Shown: positions 7,845-19,437, counted from the stretch's first letter. The stretch: 24,000 nucleotides of DNA from Kineococcus radiotolerans SRS30216 = ATCC BAA-149 (GCF_000017305.1 NC_009664.2:3501847-3525846), one strand, 5' to 3'. The notes: generated by a model not told the origin, from the sequence alone. Program-made: numbers and translations.

Positions 7845-10800
7845 GTGACGACCACACCCGAAGAGAACGCCGCCCCCACCGCCGAGGGCGCAGCCACCGC
7901 GCGCCCCCGTCGACGCCGCGCCGCCAGCCGCCCCGCCGGTCCACCGGCCCGCGTCCAGCCGGAGAGCGCGCCGGCCGAGCCCGCCGCGCCGGCGGCGTCG
8001 GAGTCGACGCCCGCCGTGGAGCCCGCCGCCGAGCCGGTGGTCGAGGCCCCCGCCGTCGAGGCCCCCGCCGTCGAGGCCCCCGCGGCTGAGACCCCTGCGG
8101 CCGAGGTCCCCGTCGTCGAGACCCCCGCGGTCGAGGCTCCCGTCGAGGCGGTCGCCGCGGCCGAACCCGCCCCGCGTCGCCGGACCCGCCGGGCGACCCG
8201 CAAGGTCGCCGCCCCGGCGGAGACCGTGGTCGAGCCCGCGGCCGTGGCCGCCCCGGCCGAGGTCCCGTCGGAGCCCGCGCCCGCACCCGAGACCGCCGCC
8301 GAGCCGGTCGCCGAGGCCCCCGAGGCCCCGGCCGCGCCCGCCCGTCGTCGCCGGAGCCGCAAGGCGGTCGCGCCCGCCCCCCTCGCCGAGGCCCCCGCCG
8401 TCGAGGCCCCCGCCGTCCCGGAGGTCGAGGCGCCCCGGACCGAGGTCGTCGCCGTCGCCGAGGACGCCCCGGTGGAGGAGACCCCCGTCGAGACCCCTGT
8501 CGCGGCCGCCGTCGAGGCGCCGGCCGCGCCGGCTCCCGTCGCGGCGACCGCCCCCGCCGCGCCCGCCGAGCAGCCCGACCTCATGGACGACCCCGTCCTC
8601 CTGCGCGCCGCCGGGTTCGCCCAGGGCCGCCGCGCGCCCTCCGAGGGCGAGCGCGCCGCCGACGCGGCCGCCCGGGCGACCGCGCTGTTCTTCCAGGCCC
8701 CCGTCGACGAGGCGCCCACCCGCCGCAGCCGCCGGGCGTCCGCCCCCGCGGGCCCGCCGCCCGTCAGCGACCGGGAGGCCCCCGCCCTCGACGAGGACGA
8801 CGACCTCCTCCTCGACGACCTCCTCCCCGGAGCGGACGACGAGGCCGGTGAGGACGCCCCCGAGCTCGACGGCGACGCGCCCGGCTCGGCCGAGGACGGC
8901 GACGAGGAGCAGGACGAGGACGGCGGCGCCCCGCGCCGACGCCGTCGCCGCGGTGGCCGCGGCCGCCGCAGCCGCACCCGCGAGGACGGCGAGGCCGACA
9001 CCGACGAGGAGCCCACCGAGGCCGGCGAGGTCGGCGAGGCCCGTGACGGGTCCGACGACGAGGAGCCCGAGGCCGGCGCGTCCGCCTCCGACGACGAGGA
9101 CGAGGACGGGGAGGAGCCCAGCGGCTCCTCGCGCCGCCGTCGCCGCCGTCGTCGGCGCAGCGGGGCCGGGGAGACCGAGGACGGCTCGCCCGACGACCCG
9201 CCCAACACCGTCACCCGGGTCCGCGAGCCGCGTCGCCCGCGCACCGGCGCGGCGACGACGGGCGGCACCGGCGAGGACGAGATCACCGCGCTCAAGGGCT
9301 CCACGCGCCTGGAGGCCAAGAAGCAGCGCCGCCGCGAGGGCCGCGAGCAGGGGCGCAAGCGGGCCATCCTCACCGAGGCCGAGTTCCTCGCCCGCCGCGA
9401 GGCCGTCGAGCGCGTCATGGTCGTGCGCCAGCAGGCCGACAAGACGCAGATCGGTGTCCTCGAGGACGGGATCCTCGTCGAGCACTACGGGGCGAAGCTC
9501 GCCCAGACGACGATGGTCGGCAACGTCTACCTCGGCCGGGTGCAGAACGTGCTGCCCAGCATGGAGGCCGCCTTCATCGACGTCGGCAAGGGCCGCAACG
9601 CCGTCCTGTACGCCGGCGAGGTGAACTGGGACGCCGCGGGCCTGGAGGGCCAGCCCCGCCGCATCGAGGCCGCGCTGAAGTCCGGCGACCCCGTCCTCGT
9701 CCAGGTCACCAAGGACCCCGTCGGCCACAAGGGCGCGCGGCTCACCAGCCAGGTCTCCCTGCCCGGCCGCTACCTGGTCTACGTCCCGCGCGGGTCGATG
9801 ACCGGCATCTCCCGCAAGCTGCCCGACACCGAGCGCGCGCGGCTGAAGAAGGTCCTCAAGCAGGTCGTGCCCGAGGGGGCGGGCGTCATCGTGCGCACCG
9901 CCGCCGAGGGGGTCGCCGAGGAGGAGCTGGCCGCGGACGTGCAGCGCCTGCAGGCGACGTGGGAGGCCATCCAGGCCAAGGCGTCGAGCAAGAACGCGCC
10001 CGTCCTGCTGCACGGGGAGCCGGACCTGACCGTCCGGGTCGTGCGCGACGTCTTCAACGAGGACTTCACCAAGCTCGTCATCTCCGGCGACGAGGCCTGG
10101 GAGACCGTGCGCGGTTACGTCGACGACGTCGCCCCCGACCTCGCCGAGCGCCTCGAGCGCTGGGACGGCGGGGCGGGCGGCGCCGAGGACGTCTTCGCCC
10201 ACCACCGCATCGACGAGCAGCTGCAGAAGGCCCTCGGCCGCAAGGTCTGGCTGCCCTCGGGCGGTTCGCTGGTCATCGACCCGACCGAGGCCATGCACGT
10301 GGTCGACGTCAACACCGGCAAGTTCACCGGTGCCGGCGGCACGCTGGAGGAGACCGTCACCCGCAACAACCTCGAGGCGGCGGAGGAGATCGTCCGCCAG
10401 CTGAGGTTGCGCGACATCGGCGGGATCATCGTCATCGACTTCATCGACATGGTGCTGGAGTCCAACCGGGACCTGGTGCTGCGCCGCCTCGTCGAGTGCC
10501 TGGGCCGCGACCGCACCAAGCACCAGGTGGCCGAGGTGACCTCCCTGGGCCTGGTGCAGATGACCCGCAAGCGCACCGGCCAGGGCCTGGCGGCCGTGCT
10601 CGACGAGCTGGACGCGGCCGCCGACGCCAACCCCGCCCCGCAGCCCGCGCCCGGCGGGTCCTCCAGCGGCCCCGCCGCGTCCGGCGGCTCCACCGGCGGG
10701 AACGGGGCGGGCGGGAAGTCCCGCGCGCGCCGCGGCCGCGGGCGGGACAAGGGCGGCGAGGGCGAGGCGGACACCGCCCGGTCCTCCGACGCCCAGCCGG

Positions 10801-10946
10801 GCGAGGGGGTCGCCGAGGCCGGCGGGGAGCCCCCGCGCGAGCCGGGGAAGGACTCCGCCGTCCTGGCCGCCATCGCGGCGGTGGCGGCGGCGGCGCGCAG
10901 CAAGGAGCGCGAGGAGTCCTCGAGCCCCGCGCCGGTGCAGGACTGA
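7845..10946 (+). CDS. rne: Ribonuclease E (RNase E/G family) with long disordered N- and C-terminal extensions
   Basis: It has an S1 block '[32 protein letters not shown]' and catalytic-core blocks '[10 protein letters not shown]' and '[10 protein letters not shown]'. I chose GTG 7845 as the start because GGAG sits at 7836..7839. In-frame alternatives are GTG 7752, 7800 and 7812. The track start at 7209 is rejected because third-position GC is poor across 7209..7750. '[15 protein letters not shown]' near the N-terminus resembles the Streptomyces RNase E N-terminus as I recall it. Confidence 0.9.
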   Translation: MTTTPEENAAPTAEGAATARPRRRRAASRPAGPPARVQPESAPAEPAAPAASESTPAVEPAAEPVVEAPAVEAPAVEAPAAETPAAEVPVVETPAVEAPVEAVAAAEPAPRRRTRRATRKVAAPAETVVEPAAVAAPAEVPSEPAPAPETAAEPVAEAPEAPAAPARRRRSRKAVAPAPLAEAPAVEAPAVPEVEAPRTEVVAVAEDAPVEETPVETPVAAAVEAPAAPAPVAATAPAAPAEQPDLMDDPVLLRAAGFAQGRRAPSEGERAADAAARATALFFQAPVDEAPTRRSRRASAPAGPPPVSDREAPALDEDDDLLLDDLLPGADDEAGEDAPELDGDAPGSAEDGDEEQDEDGGAPRRRRRRGGRGRRSRTREDGEADTDEEPTEAGEVGEARDGSDDEEPEAGASASDDEDEDGEEPSGSSRRRRRRRRRSGAGETEDGSPDDPPNTVTRVREPRRPRTGAATTGGTGEDEITALKGSTRLEAKKQRRREGREQGRKRAILTEAEFLARREAVERVMVVRQQADKTQIGVLEDGILVEHYGAKLAQTTMVGNVYLGRVQNVLPSMEAAFIDVGKGRNAVLYAGEVNWDAAGLEGQPRRIEAALKSGDPVLVQVTKDPVGHKGARLTSQVSLPGRYLVYVPRGSMTGISRKLPDTERARLKKVLKQVVPEGAGVIVRTAAEGVAEEELAADVQRLQATWEAIQAKASSKNAPVLLHGEPDLTVRVVRDVFNEDFTKLVISGDEAWETVRGYVDDVAPDLAERLERWDGGAGGAEDVFAHHRIDEQLQKALGRKVWLPSGGSLVIDPTEAMHVVDVNTGKFTGAGGTLEETVTRNNLEAAEEIVRQLRLRDIGGIIVIDFIDMVLESNRDLVLRRLVECLGRDRTKHQVAEVTSLGLVQMTRKRTGQGLAAVLDELDAAADANPAPQPAPGGSSSGPAASGGSTGGNGAGGKSRARRGRGRDKGGEGEADTARSSDAQPGEGVAEAGGEPPREPGKDSAVLAAIAAVAAAARSKEREESSSPAPVQD
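8040..8144 (+). repeat. Seven tandem 15-bp units (consensus gtcgaggcccccgcc), in frame, encoding (V/A)E(A/T/V)P(A/V) pentapeptides inside rne
   Basis: Units fall at 8040, 8055, 8070, 8085, 8100, 8115 and 8130. The first two are identical, the third differs at its last base, and the later units are diverged. Confidence 0.85.
8385..8414 (+). repeat. Two further copies of the same 15-bp unit inside rne
   Basis: gccgaggcccccgcc gtcgaggcccccgcc. This is a near-exact copy of 8040..8069, about 345 bp downstream. Confidence 0.8.
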
Positions 10947-11085
10947 GGTCCGGCCCGCCGTTTTGACCCCCGGGGTGGCGTTCCGTACGCTTGACCCTTG
11001 GTGCGCCTCCGTGCGCGAGCCCCAGACCGCTCCGCGGCCTGGTGGCGTTCCAGTAGTTCGTGACGAGAGAAACGGGTTCGTTGTG

Positions 11086-11394
11086 GTGTACGCCATCGTC
11101 CGCGCCGGCGGCCGGCAGGAGAAGGTTGCGGTCGGCGACGTGCTGACCATCGACCGTGTCCCCGTGGCCAGCGGGGAGACGCTGCAGCTGCAGCCCCTTC
11201 TCCTCGTCGACGGCGAGACCGTCACTCACGACGCTTCGGCGCTCGCGGGTGTCAAGGTCGTCGCCGAGGTGGTCGAGGAGGCCAAGGGCCCCAAGATCAC
11301 CATCCTGAAGTACAAGAACAAGACCGGGTACCGCAAGCGTCAGGGCCACCGCCAGCCGCTGACCCGCGTCAAGATCACCAGCATCGGGGAGTGA
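11086..11394 (+). CDS. rplU: 50S ribosomal protein L21
   Basis: '(M)[19 protein letters not shown]...[16 protein letters not shown]' is the canonical L21 sequence, 102 aa from GTG 11086. GTG 11083 is an equally possible start. The track ORF from 10963 is over-extended. Confidence 0.93.
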   Translation: MYAIVRAGGRQEKVAVGDVLTIDRVPVASGETLQLQPLLLVDGETVTHDASALAGVKVVAEVVEEAKGPKITILKYKNKTGYRKRQGHRQPLTRVKITSIGE

Positions 11395-11403
11395 CGTCAC
11401 CTC

Positions 11404-11661
11404 ATGGCACACAAGAAGGGCGCGAGCTCCTCGCGCAACGGTCGTGACTCCAACGCCCAGCGCCTCGGCGTGAAGCGCTTCGGTGGTCAGGTCGTCCTGG
11501 CGGGCGAGATCATCGTCCGCCAGCGCGGCACCCACTTCCACCCCGGCGCCGGTGTGGGCCGTGGCGGCGACGACACGCTGTTCGCCCTGGTCCCGGGGGC
11601 CGTCGAGTTCGGCACCCGTCGCGGCCGCAAGGTCATCAACATCGTCGCAGCCGGCGAGTGA
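11404..11661 (+). CDS. rpmA: 50S ribosomal protein L27
   Basis: '[29 protein letters not shown]' is the canonical L27 N-terminus. Length is 85 aa. Confidence 0.97.
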   Translation: MAHKKGASSSRNGRDSNAQRLGVKRFGGQVVLAGEIIVRQRGTHFHPGAGVGRGGDDTLFALVPGAVEFGTRRGRKVINIVAAGE

Positions 11662-14489
<2,828 letters not shown>

Positions 14490-14522
14490 CCGCGTCCCAC
14501 GGTGCGAACGCGGGGAGCCCGA

Positions 14523-14918
14523 GTGGTGCAGACGCCGATGCCCTTGTGGTCGGTGACGTTGACCGTGGCCGGGGCCGAGACCGACCCGGGCTGCCTGCGG
14601 GCCGCGCTGGACCGGTTGCTGGCCGAGCGCCCGTTCCTGTCCAGCGTGCGCTACAGCGCGACGCGGGTGGAGCTGCGCTACTGGGACGAGGCCCGCGACG
14701 TCGACGACGCCGCCGCGATGGCGCTGCGCCTGTGGCCGGAGCACCGCTCCAGCGCCGGGCTGCCGCCGTGGTCGGTCGTGGGCGTGGAGGTCGTCGACCG
14801 CGCGACCGTGGAGCACCGGGTCGACCAGCAGGCGCAGCGCCGCCGGCGCGGGGCCGGGGGCCCTCCCGTCCGCCGCGCCCGCGCCCTCGACCTCATCGGC
14901 GACATCGCCCCCTGGTGA
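14523..14918 (+). CDS. Hypothetical protein (small orphan between proB and proA)
   Basis: The open frame has consistently high third-position GC and a non-repetitive, foldable-looking sequence ('PLWSVTLTVAGAETDPGCLRAALDRLLAERPFLSSVRYSATRVELRYWDEARDVDDAAAMALRLW'). GGGGAG at 14511..14516 favours GTG 14523. GTG 14502 and ATG 14538 are in-frame alternatives. I recognise no family. Confidence 0.6.
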   Translation: MVQTPMPLWSVTLTVAGAETDPGCLRAALDRLLAERPFLSSVRYSATRVELRYWDEARDVDDAAAMALRLWPEHRSSAGLPPWSVVGVEVVDRATVEHRVDQQAQRRRRGAGGPPVRRARALDLIGDIAPW

Positions 14919-14933
14919 CGGCGGGAAATTTCG

Positions 14934-14962
14934 TTCAACGATCCGGGGTGGACGGGTAGGCT
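14934..14962 (+). promoter_or_regulatory. Candidate promoter TTCAAC-N17-TAGGCT placed for a leaderless or near-leaderless proA mRNA
   Basis: The -10-like TAGGCT (14957..14962) fits the actinobacterial TANNNT pattern and ends 6 nt before ATG 14969. A -35-like TTCAAC lies 17 nt upstream, within a locally AT-richer patch. This is a motif-only call. Confidence 0.3.
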
Positions 14963-14968
14963 CGGCGC

Positions 14969-16267
14969 ATGACGCTCGCGCCCGTGCAGCCTGCCGGAAC
15001 CACCGTGGAGGAGGCCGTGCTGGCCGTCTGCCGACGGGCCAAGGTCGCCTCGCGCCCGCTGCGCCTGGCCTCCCGGGCCACCAAGGACGCTGCGCTGCAC
15101 GCGATCGCGGACGCCATCGAGGCGGCCACCGAGCGCATCGTGACCGCCAACGGCGAGGACCTCGCCCGCGGCGCGGCCGACGGCACCTCGCCGCACCTCC
15201 TGGACCGGCTGCGGCTGGACCCGCAGCGGGTCGCCGCCGTCGCGGCGGCGGTGCGCGAGGTCGCCGCGCTGCCCGACCCCGTCGGGGAGGTCGTGCGCGG
15301 CTCCACGCTGCCCAACGGGCTGCGGCTGCGCCAGTTGCGGGTGCCGATGGGCGTGCTCGGGGTCGTCTACGAGGCCCGGCCCAACGTCACCGTCGACGTG
15401 GCGGTGCTCGCGCTCAAGAGCGGCAACGCCGTCGTGCTGCGCGGCGGGTCGGCCGCGCAGTCCAGCAACACCGTCCTCGTGGAGGTCGTCCGCGGGGCCC
15501 TGGAGAGCGTCGGCCTGCCTGCCGACGCCGTCACCAGCATCGACGAGCACGGCCGCGACGGGGTGGGTGCCCTGCTCACCGCCCGCGGGCTGGTCGACCT
15601 CCTCGTCCCGCGCGGGGGCGCGGACCTCATCCAGCGCGTCGTGCGCGAGGCCACCGTCCCCGTCATCGAGACCGGCGTCGGCAACTGCCACGTCTACGTG
15701 GACGCCTCCGCCGACCTCGCGCAGGCCGTCGAGATCGTCCTCAACGCCAAGACCTCGCGCCCCAGCGTCTGCAACGCCGCCGAGACGGTCCTGGTCCACT
15801 CCGCGCTCGCGGCCGACTTCCTGCCGACCCTGCTGCGCGCCCTGCACGAGGCCGGGGTGGTGCTGCACGCCGACGCGACGTCGCTGGCCGCCGCGCGGGC
15901 GGCCGGGCTGCCCGCGCAGCCGGTCACCGACGAGGACTGGGCCGCGGAGTTCCACGGCCTGGAGATCGCCGTCGGGGTCGTGGACTCCGTGCAGGACGCC
16001 GTCGAGCACATCGCCCGCTGGACCTCCGCGCACACCGAGGCGGTCCTGGCCACCGACGTCCGGGTGACGGACTACTTCTGCGCCGCGGTCGACTCCGCCG
16101 TGGTCGCCGTGAACGCCTCGACGCGGTTCACCGACGGCGGCGAGTTCGGGCTCGGCGCCGAGGTCGGCATCTCCACCCAGAAGCTGCACGCGCGGGGCCC
16201 GATGGGCCTGGCCGAGCTCACCACCACCACCTGGCAGGTCCTCGGCGACGGTCACGTCCGCGTCTGA
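14969..16267 (+). CDS. proA: Gamma-glutamyl phosphate reductase
   Basis: 432 aa, aldehyde-dehydrogenase-like, with 'GVLGVVYEARPNVTVD', 'LKSGNAVVLRGGS' and 'VCNAAETVLVH' typical of ProA. Confidence 0.95.
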   Translation: MTLAPVQPAGTTVEEAVLAVCRRAKVASRPLRLASRATKDAALHAIADAIEAATERIVTANGEDLARGAADGTSPHLLDRLRLDPQRVAAVAAAVREVAALPDPVGEVVRGSTLPNGLRLRQLRVPMGVLGVVYEARPNVTVDVAVLALKSGNAVVLRGGSAAQSSNTVLVEVVRGALESVGLPADAVTSIDEHGRDGVGALLTARGLVDLLVPRGGADLIQRVVREATVPVIETGVGNCHVYVDASADLAQAVEIVLNAKTSRPSVCNAAETVLVHSALAADFLPTLLRALHEAGVVLHADATSLAAARAAGLPAQPVTDEDWAAEFHGLEIAVGVVDSVQDAVEHIARWTSAHTEAVLATDVRVTDYFCAAVDSAVVAVNASTRFTDGGEFGLGAEVGISTQKLHARGPMGLAELTTTTWQVLGDGHVRV

Positions 16268-17217
16268 GGCTCCTCCAGGGAGTCGCTGGCGACGAGGTAC
16301 GTCGGCCGGTTCTGCAGCTGCACGTAGAGCCGGCCCACGTACTCGCCCAGCACCCCGAGGCACAGCAGCTGCAGGGTCCCCACCCCCGCGACGACGGCCA
16401 CCGTCGAGGTCCAGCCGGGCACGGTCGTGCCCAGCGCGAAGGACGCGAACGCGTAGACGAGCAGCAGGAAGGTCAGCAGCGCCCCGCCGAGGCCGAAGAG
16501 CGAGGCCAGCCGCAACGGCGCCGTGGAGGAGCCGGTGATGGCGTCCAGGGACAGCCGCAGCATCCGCCCCAGCGGGTACTTCGTGCGCCCGGCGCCGCGG
16601 GCCCCGCGCACGTAGCCGACGGTGGTCGAGGCGAACCCGAGGTCGGGCACCACCAGCCGCAGCACCCGGTGCGCCTCCGGCAGCTGCAGGACGGTGTCCA
16701 CCACCTCCCGGCTGGTGAACCGGAAGTCGCCGGCCTGGGCCGGCGCCCGTCCCCCCAGGGCCCGCACCAGCCGGTAGAAGCCGGCCGCGGTGAGCCGCTT
16801 GAGCGCGGAGTCCACCGAGCGGTCCGCGCGCACGGCGTAGACGACGTCGTGCCCCTCGTCGGCCGCGGCCAGCACGAACGGGAGCACCTCCGGGGGGTCC
16901 TGGAGGTCCGCGTCCATCGTGACGACGCCCTCGCGCCCGCGCGCGCGGGCCAGCCCGGCCGAGAGGGCGGCCTGGTGGCCGGCGTTGGCCCGCAGCCGCA
17001 GCACCCGCAGCTGCGGCCAGTCCCGGCGCAGCCGGGCGAGGACGACGGGGGTGGCGTCGGTGCTGCCGTCGTCGACGACGAGCACCTCGTAGCCGCCGAG
17101 CCCGCGCTCGAGCCGGTCGTCGAGGACGGGGCGCAGCCGCGCGGCGAAGGCGGGCAGCACCTCGGCCTCGTCGTAGGCGGGGACGACCACCGAGAGGGCG
17201 ACCTCGGAGGGGGGCAC
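16252..17217 (-). CDS. Family 2 glycosyltransferase, polyprenyl-phosphate sugar transferase type (GtrB/ArnC/DPM1-like) with C-terminal TM helices
   Basis: 'LSVVVPAYDEAEVL', 'VLVVDDGSTDAT' and 'VVTMDADLQDPPE' are GT2 DXD-type blocks. Two hydrophobic C-terminal segments are present. The GTG start at 17217 has GGAGGA 7 nt upstream. The upstream part of track ORF 16252..17463 is rejected as the shadow of a + strand peptide gene. Confidence 0.85.
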   Translation of the reverse strand: MPPSEVALSVVVPAYDEAEVLPAFAARLRPVLDDRLERGLGGYEVLVVDDGSTDATPVVLARLRRDWPQLRVLRLRANAGHQAALSAGLARARGREGVVTMDADLQDPPEVLPFVLAAADEGHDVVYAVRADRSVDSALKRLTAAGFYRLVRALGGRAPAQAGDFRFTSREVVDTVLQLPEAHRVLRLVVPDLGFASTTVGYVRGARGAGRTKYPLGRMLRLSLDAITGSSTAPLRLASLFGLGGALLTFLLLVYAFASFALGTTVPGWTSTVAVVAGVGTLQLLCLGVLGEYVGRLYVQLQNRPTYLVASDSLEEPQTRT

Positions 17218-17307
17218 CCCGCGATCCTCCCGCACCCGGGCCGCCGTCGGGGAGGCGGCGTGCGAGACTGGTCGCCAGGATCGACGCCGTACCGGGAGGA
17301 CCACGCC

Positions 17308-17466
17308 ATGATGCACGCGCTCGTCGCGCAAGCCGCTCAGCAGACTGAGGAGGCCCACGGTCAGCTGCCGATGCCGCCCGTCGCGTTCGGGATCGTCGCG
17401 CTCTGCGTCCTCGCGATGATGCTCATCGCGACGATGGCCTTCCGGAGCGTCGGGACGCGCCACTGA
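17308..17466 (+). CDS. Small hypothetical membrane protein (52 aa, one TM segment)
   Basis: ATG 17308 is preceded by GGGAGGA with a 7-nt spacer. About 48 of 52 codons end in G or C. The hydrophobic core is '[21 protein letters not shown]'. It lies directly upstream of nadD. Confidence 0.55.
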   Translation: MMHALVAQAAQQTEEAHGQLPMPPVAFGIVALCVLAMMLIATMAFRSVGTRH

Positions 17467-17492
17467 GCTCCTCGCCGGGCCAGCGCCCCCGG

Positions 17493-18128
17493 GTGGGGGT
17501 GATGGGCGGGACGTTCGACCCGATCCACCACGGGCACCTGGTGGCCGCCAGCGAGGTGGCCGCCCGCTTCGCCCTGGACGAGGTCGTCTTCGTCCCCACC
17601 GGCAAGCCCTGGCAGAAGTCGCGCGTCGACATCGCGCCGGCGGAGCACCGCTACCTCATGACCGTCATCGCGACGGCGTCCAACCCGCGGTTCACGGTGT
17701 CGCGCATCGACATCGACCGCGGCGGCTTCACCTACACGATCGACACGCTGCGGGAGCTGCGCGACCTCCGGCCCGAGGCCGACCTGTTCTTCATCACCGG
17801 TGCGGATGCCCTCGCGCAGATCCTGCAGTGGAAGGACGTCGCGGAGCTGTGGTCGCTGGCCCACTTCGTCGGCGTCAGCCGGCCCGGGCACGCCCTGACC
17901 GACGACGGCCTGCCCCTGGACGGGGTGAGCCTCATGGAGGTCCCGGCCCTGTCGATCTCCTCCACCGACTGCCGCCAGCGCGTCGCCGAGGGGCTGCCGG
18001 TCTGGTACCTCGTGCCCGACGGCGTCGTGCAGCACATCTCCAAGCACCGGCTCTACACGGCCCCCGAGCACGGCCGGCTGCTCGACGCCCGGGGAGAGGC
18101 GCTCGCCGTGGGAGAATCGGGGGACTGA
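17493..18128 (+). CDS. nadD: Nicotinate-nucleotide adenylyltransferase
   Basis: '[21 protein letters not shown]...[11 protein letters not shown]' is the canonical NadD N-terminus. The start is GTG 17493, with ATG 17502 as an alternative. Confidence 0.93.
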   Translation: MGVMGGTFDPIHHGHLVAASEVAARFALDEVVFVPTGKPWQKSRVDIAPAEHRYLMTVIATASNPRFTVSRIDIDRGGFTYTIDTLRELRDLRPEADLFFITGADALAQILQWKDVAELWSLAHFVGVSRPGHALTDDGLPLDGVSLMEVPALSISSTDCRQRVAEGLPVWYLVPDGVVQHISKHRLYTAPEHGRLLDARGEALAVGESGD

Positions 18129-18184
18129 CCGCTTCCCGGGCCCCAGGGCCCGGCCGACACCTGCTAGTGCAGGCGAGGAGTTCC

Positions 18185-18583
18185 GTGCCCGCAACCGAGC
18201 GAGCCCTCGAGCTGGTGACCACCGCCGCGGCCGCCGCGGTGGACAAGCTCGCGACCGACGTCATCGCGCTCGACGTGTCCGACCAGCTCTTCATCACCGA
18301 CGCCTTCCTCCTGGCGTCGGCTCCCAACGAGCGCCAGGTGCGCGCCATCGCCGAGGCCATCGAGGAGAAGCTCCTCCCGCTGGGCTCCAAGCCGGTGCGC
18401 CGCGAGGGCGAGCGCGAGGGGCGGTGGGTCCTGCTGGACTTCGTCGACCTCGTCGTGCACGTCCAGCACACCGAGGAGCGCGAGTACTACGCCCTCGAGC
18501 GGCTGTGGAAGGACTGCCCGGTCATCGAGCTGCCGGTCGCCGTCCACGCCAACGCCCAGGACGCGCCCGCCGACCAGGCGTGA
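18185..18583 (+). CDS. rsfS: Ribosome silencing factor RsfS (Iojap family)
   Basis: 132 aa from GTG 18185, with GAGGAG 4 nt upstream. 'DVIALDVS...TDAFLLASAPNERQVRAIAEAIEEKL...WVLLDFVDLVVHVQHTEEREYYALERLW' matches the RsfS pattern, and the gene occupies the conserved position after nadD. Confidence 0.9.
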   Translation: MPATERALELVTTAAAAAVDKLATDVIALDVSDQLFITDAFLLASAPNERQVRAIAEAIEEKLLPLGSKPVRREGEREGRWVLLDFVDLVVHVQHTEEREYYALERLWKDCPVIELPVAVHANAQDAPADQA

Positions 18584-19212
18584 CGGCGTCCACCCTCGTC
18601 CTCTGGCGCCACGGGCAGACCCCGTTCAACGCCGAGAACCGCTTCCAGGGCCAGCTCGACGTCCCCCTCGACGACGTCGGGCGGGCCCAGGCGGCCGCGG
18701 CGGCGGCCCACCTGTCCGCCCTGCCCCTCGACGCGGTCGTCTCCTCCGACCTCGTCCGCGCCGTGGACACCGCCACGGCGCTCACGTCCCTGACGGGCCT
18801 CGCCCTCACCCGTGACCCCGCGCTGCGCGAGGTCGACGCGGGGGAGTGGCAGGGGCTGCTGGGGGACGAGATCGCCCGGCGGTGGCCCGAGGAGCACGCG
18901 GCCTGGCGCCGGGGCGCCGACGTCCGCACGGGGGGCGGGGAGACCCGTTCCGAGCTCGGCGCGCGGGTGGCCGGGGCCGTGGAGCGGCACGCCGCCGCCG
19001 TCCCCGGCGGCGGGACGCTGCTGGTGGCCTCGCACGGAGCGGCGCTGAAGGCGGGGGTGCTGCGCCTGCTGGGTCTGCCCCCGACCGCGGGGGACGCCTT
19101 CGCGGGTCTGCGCAACGCCCACTGGGCCGTCCTGCGCCGCCGGTCCCGGGCCTGGGCGCTGGAGGAGTACAACGCGGGGCCCGCGGGGGCCCGCGTCGGC
19201 GCCGAGGGGTGA
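18580..19212 (+). CDS. Histidine phosphatase family protein (phosphoglycerate-mutase-like; positional equivalent of mycobacterial GpgP)
   Basis: The 'LVLWRHGQTPFN' RHG motif and 'ASHGAAL' are present. GTG 18580 overlaps the rsfS stop as GTGA. Length is 210 aa. The nadD-rsfS-phosphatase order mirrors Rv2421c-Rv2420c-Rv2419c as I recall it. Confidence 0.85.
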   Translation: MTASTLVLWRHGQTPFNAENRFQGQLDVPLDDVGRAQAAAAAAHLSALPLDAVVSSDLVRAVDTATALTSLTGLALTRDPALREVDAGEWQGLLGDEIARRWPEEHAAWRRGADVRTGGGETRSELGARVAGAVERHAAAVPGGGTLLVASHGAALKAGVLRLLGLPPTAGDAFAGLRNAHWAVLRRRSRAWALEEYNAGPAGARVGAEG

Positions 19213-19290
19213 GCCGTCCCGGTTCGGACCACTCCCGTTCGTGCGGTAGTGTTGTCCTCGTTGCCGGGGGAAACCCCGAGCGACGAGAAC

Positions 19291-19365
<75 letters not shown>

Positions 19366-19373
19366 CCGTTGTC

Positions 19374-19403
19374 GAAGGGCCCGGACGAGAGTCCGGGCCC
19401 TTC
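19374..19403. terminator. 13-bp stem / 4-nt loop hairpin between the tRNA-Ala 3' end and a convergent minus-strand gene
   Basis: gaagggcccggac-gaga-gtccgggcccttc read directly. It lies 10 nt after the tRNA and 35 nt before the stop of the minus-strand gene at 19438. Confidence 0.6.
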
Positions 19404-19437
19404 GCCGTTCCCGGAGGGTGACGCCCCGGCGGGCCCG

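Noticed and set aside
8040-8414. The 15-bp repeats considered as a possible CRISPR or other non-coding array.
   Set aside because: The units are directly tandem with no spacers, far shorter than CRISPR repeats, in frame inside rne, and encode a pentapeptide repeat.
7806-11225. A 1139-aa ORF antisense to rne, together with similar long antisense or out-of-frame ORFs such as 1119..2387, 2632..4110, 6325..7215, 11773..13299, 13011..14816, 14678..16363, 20601..22313 and 22297..23436.
   Set aside because: These are typical high-GC shadow ORFs. Their translations are Arg/Gly/Pro/Ala-rich and low in complexity. Their third codon positions coincide with first or second positions of the well-supported genes on the other strand or frame, and those genes carry unmistakable family motifs.
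16669-17307. The upstream part of the + strand 265-aa ORF 16669..17466, and the 5' extension of the GT2 ORF to 17463.
   Set aside because: The first lies antisense to the GT2 coding region and is low-complexity. The second overlaps the better-supported 52-aa peptide gene and has third positions falling on that gene's first positions.
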